Positions 61,398 to 64,000 of a DNA stretch of 64,000 bases are shown here, one piece after another. Each line of letters opens with the position of its first letter. Position 1 is the stretch's first letter. Source of the DNA: an uncultured Planctomycetota bacterium (GTDB lineage: Bacteria; Planctomycetota; Planctomycetia; Pirellulales; Lacipirellulaceae); the NCBI GenBank assembly GCA_963719315.1, contig CAVRBU010000004.1:352001-416000 (forward strand). The letters are read 5' to 3'. The notes beneath the pieces were generated by a model. The model was given only the letters and a program-made list of their open reading frames with translations. It was not told the DNA's origin and searched no databases. A program made the position numbers and the translations under genes.

Positions 61398-62210
61398 ATG
61401 GCAACCCGCTGGCTTAAGTTGAGCGTGGCCTACGATGGCGGTGCGTACTCCGGTTGGCAGGAGCAGCCCGATAGGCCGACGGTGCAGGGGGCGCTCGAAG
61501 CGACGTGGCAGCGGCTTACGCAGGAGACGATACGCGTGACGGCCGCTGGGCGGACCGATGCCGGTGTCCATGCACTCGGTCAAGTCGTGGGTCTCTCGAC
61601 GGAGACGCGGCTATCGAACGAAGACTTGCACCGCGGATTGAATGCTCTACTACCAAACGACATCGCAGTCACAACGATCGAAGACGCATCGGAAAACTTC
61701 CACGCAACGTATGATGCGATCGGCAAGAGGTATCGCTATCACATCCACACTGGGCGCGCGCCCTCGGTGTTCAGCCGGCACTATGCGTGGCACTATCCGC
61801 AATCGTTGGATGTGGCCGCGATGCACTCGGCGGGGCAGGGGCTCGTCGGGAGGCACGATTTTTCGAGCTTCGAAACCGCCGGCTCCGAACGGCCCGATTC
61901 AATTCGCACGATCCATGAGCTAACAGTTGCAGGCGGCGCCTGTGTAGCCGAGTTTCTCCGAAAATCGGATTTGGCAGTTTCGGAGAAACTGCCCTACGCG
62001 GCGTCTTCCAGCCACATAACGATTGACGTCGCCGGCGACGGGTTTCTTTACAACATGGTGCGGACCATTGTCGGCACGCTCGTCGAAGTCGGCGTCGGCA
62101 AGCGCGGCACTGCCTGGCCCGCCGAAGTGCTTGCGGCACGGGATCGCCGCCGGGCCGGCCAGACCGCGCCGCCGCATGGATTGTTTTTGGTCGAAGTGTA
62201 CTATCCGTAG
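61398..62210 (+). CDS. truA: tRNA pseudouridine(38-40) synthase
   Basis: YDGGAYSGWQ, AGRTDAGVHALGQ, GRHDFSSF, GFLYNMVRTIVG, TAPPHGL. Confidence 0.95.
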   Translation: MATRWLKLSVAYDGGAYSGWQEQPDRPTVQGALEATWQRLTQETIRVTAAGRTDAGVHALGQVVGLSTETRLSNEDLHRGLNALLPNDIAVTTIEDASENFHATYDAIGKRYRYHIHTGRAPSVFSRHYAWHYPQSLDVAAMHSAGQGLVGRHDFSSFETAGSERPDSIRTIHELTVAGGACVAEFLRKSDLAVSEKLPYAASSSHITIDVAGDGFLYNMVRTIVGTLVEVGVGKRGTAWPAEVLAARDRRRAGQTAPPHGLFLVEVYYP

Positions 62211-62397
62211 ATCCGCCGAGCCGAAACGCAGCTTGAAGGATGGCACCGCTCGACTCGCGGCACGGACAACGGCCGACGTATCCAGCTTTCCGCATCTTCG
62301 GCTGCGGGCTAGACTTAATGCAACGACAAATTACGTGGCAACGTCGGCGAACGGCTTCCAAACCCTCGACTCTCAACCTTCGACCCTAGACCGTCCA

Positions 62398-63294
62398 GTG
62401 GCTGCAACTCAACAAATCGTCGGCAACTACCGCTTGTTTCATTTGATTCGTGCGGGTGCGATCTACGAGATCTGGGCCGTGCGGCCCGTTTCGGATAACA
62501 CACCATATGCCATCAAGTGGCTGCCGCCGGGGCCAAAGCACACGCGCTCCAACATCGGCGAGTTGAAGCACGAGTACACGGTGGGTGTTTTGCTCGATCA
62601 CTCGAACGTCATCAAAACATTGGATTTCGGCAACACATCCAACGGCGCGTTCATGTTGCTCGAGCTGTTCAAGGTCCCCAACCTCAAACAGCACATCATT
62701 TCGAACGGCTACAAGAAGCTGCAGTATCGGGCGAAAAACATCCTCGTCGCGGCGGCCGCATCGCTGGCGCATTTGCACGATAAAGGGTGGATTCATCGCG
62801 ACATCAAGCCGGATAATTTCTTGCTTCGCGATGACGATATGATCAAACTCATCGACTTCAACCTTGCCCGGAAACCGACCGGCGGATTGAGCAAATTGTT
62901 CGGTGGCAAGACCAAGGTAATCCAGGGCACTCACAGTTACATGTCGCCCGAACAAATTCGTGGCCAATCGCTGGATTTTCGAGCCGACATTTATAGCTTC
63001 GGGTGCCTAATCCACGAATTTTTCGCGGGCAAGGCGCCGTTCACGGCCAATTCGCCCAATGAATTGCTGCAGCGTCACCTGAGCACACGGCCGCAGCCAC
63101 TAACCGTGTTCGACAAGAATATCACGCCCGAGTTCGCGACCTACGTGCAGCGTCTGATGGCCAAGGATCCGAAAGATCGCCCGGCCAACATGAAAGATGT
63201 GATGATGGAGCTCAAGACGCAGAAAATGTTTTACAACCCGCCGCAACCGCCGAGCGCGGAGGATGAAGCGAAAACAACCTTGGAGGAGGATTGA
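62398..63294 (+). CDS. Single-domain cytoplasmic Ser/Thr protein kinase
   Basis: YAIK, HRDIKPDN, LIDFNLA, GTHSYMSPEQ, DIYSFG. Confidence 0.88.
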   Translation: MAATQQIVGNYRLFHLIRAGAIYEIWAVRPVSDNTPYAIKWLPPGPKHTRSNIGELKHEYTVGVLLDHSNVIKTLDFGNTSNGAFMLLELFKVPNLKQHIISNGYKKLQYRAKNILVAAAASLAHLHDKGWIHRDIKPDNFLLRDDDMIKLIDFNLARKPTGGLSKLFGGKTKVIQGTHSYMSPEQIRGQSLDFRADIYSFGCLIHEFFAGKAPFTANSPNELLQRHLSTRPQPLTVFDKNITPEFATYVQRLMAKDPKDRPANMKDVMMELKTQKMFYNPPQPPSAEDEAKTTLEED

Positions 63295-63358
63295 GGATGA
63301 AGGAGGCAGGTTGGTTTTCCCTGCATCCCCCATCCGGCATCCCGTATCCTAGCTCAAC

Positions 63359-64000
63359 ATGGCAAGCTCTACTTACCGCTTAGCATTTGAACAACCGATG
63401 TATCGGCTCGAGGAGCAAATTGCTCAGCTCGAAGCGACCGAGCCGAAGACGCCCGAGTTGCGCGATCAGGTGCGCGTACTGAAGCGAGAGTTGGCCGACA
63501 CGACGCGGCGGGTTTATAGCCAGCTCGATCCTTGGGAAACGGTGCAAGTCGCTCGGCATCCCGATCGCCCGATGCTGACGGATTATCTCAACTTGTTGTT
63601 CGACGAGTTCGTTGAGTTGCACGGCGACAAATTCTACGGCGACGATCGCGCGCTGCGCACTGGTTTCGCCAAGCTCGACCGCTACAAGGTGCTCGTCGTC
63701 GGCCATTACAAAGGCAAGACGCTCAAAGAGCGGAACGAGTGCTTTTTTGGCTGTGCGCATCCCGAAGGCTATCGCAAGGCGATCGCCAAGATGCGGCTGG
63801 CAGCCAAATACAAGTTGCCGATTATCTGCCTGATTGATACGCCGGGCGCGTATCCGGGCATCGGCGCCGAGGAGCGCGGCCAGGCGCAGGTCATCGCCGA
63901 GAGCATGCTCGAGATGTCGCGCCTGCCGACGCCGATCATCTGCGTAGTGATCGGTGAGGGCGGCTCCGGAGGGGCGCTCGGGATCGGCGTCGGCGATCGC
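63359..64000 (+). CDS. accA: Acetyl-CoA carboxylase carboxyltransferase alpha subunit (truncated by window end)
   Basis: Read directly from the sequence: LAFEQP, WETVQVARHPDRP, ELHGDK, FGCAHPEGYRKA, IDTPGAYPGIGAEERGQ, IGEGGSGGALG. Confidence 0.95.
   Translation, partial: MASSTYRLAFEQPMYRLEEQIAQLEATEPKTPELRDQVRVLKRELADTTRRVYSQLDPWETVQVARHPDRPMLTDYLNLLFDEFVELHGDKFYGDDRALRTGFAKLDRYKVLVVGHYKGKTLKERNECFFGCAHPEGYRKAIAKMRLAAKYKLPIICLIDTPGAYPGIGAEERGQAQVIAESMLEMSRLPTPIICVVIGEGGSGGALGIGVGDR

Noticed and set aside
1..64000. CRISPR array, tRNA, rRNA or recognisable riboswitch
   Set aside because: No regularly spaced direct repeats with unique spacers, no cloverleaf or rRNA signatures, and no riboswitch consensus I could match; the repeats present are isolated hairpins

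Overview
GC-rich bacterial chromosomal segment, almost certainly a planctomycete (Pirellulales/Lacipirellulaceae-like). The evidence is a DUF1559 prepilin-like gene, a TIGR03000-type protein, RRLxxExLExR export signals, an ECF sigma-Ser/Thr kinase pair and many PEP-CTERM proteins carrying a GDYNxxGxVDAADYxxWR dockerin-like module. Layout: 1-6.5 kb small metabolic/hypothetical genes; 6.6-10.6 kb insertion hot spot (IS1182-like and IS630 elements, REP hairpins, a PEP-CTERM pseudogene); 10.7-18.8 kb ECF sigma + WD40/TPR kinase and a large surface protein; 19.3-35 kb a LacI-controlled beta-mannan utilisation cluster (GH130, sodium:solute symporter, GH5, GH113, GH26). That cluster has no SusC/SusD pair; in its middle sit two tandem CBM-like PEP-CTERM proteins and a DUF1559 pilin-like gene plus lipoprotein, and exbB-exbD-exbD follows it. 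39-64 kb is mostly housekeeping (tatC, manA, pyrK, rpsT, cobA-hemD, coaD, pcm, asd, truA, accA) with a TIGR03000/SdpA-like/HTTM trio. Small repeats are abundant: REP doublets packaged in IS-like termini, a REP doublet inserted in frame in truA, an ISKra4 remnant inside a PEP-CTERM anchor, and heptamer-repeat hairpins. About 15 single-base frameshifts, one in asd, suggest uncorrected long-read indels rather than true pseudogenes. No rRNA, tRNA or CRISPR array was seen. All family assignments come from motif recognition by eye, not database searches.
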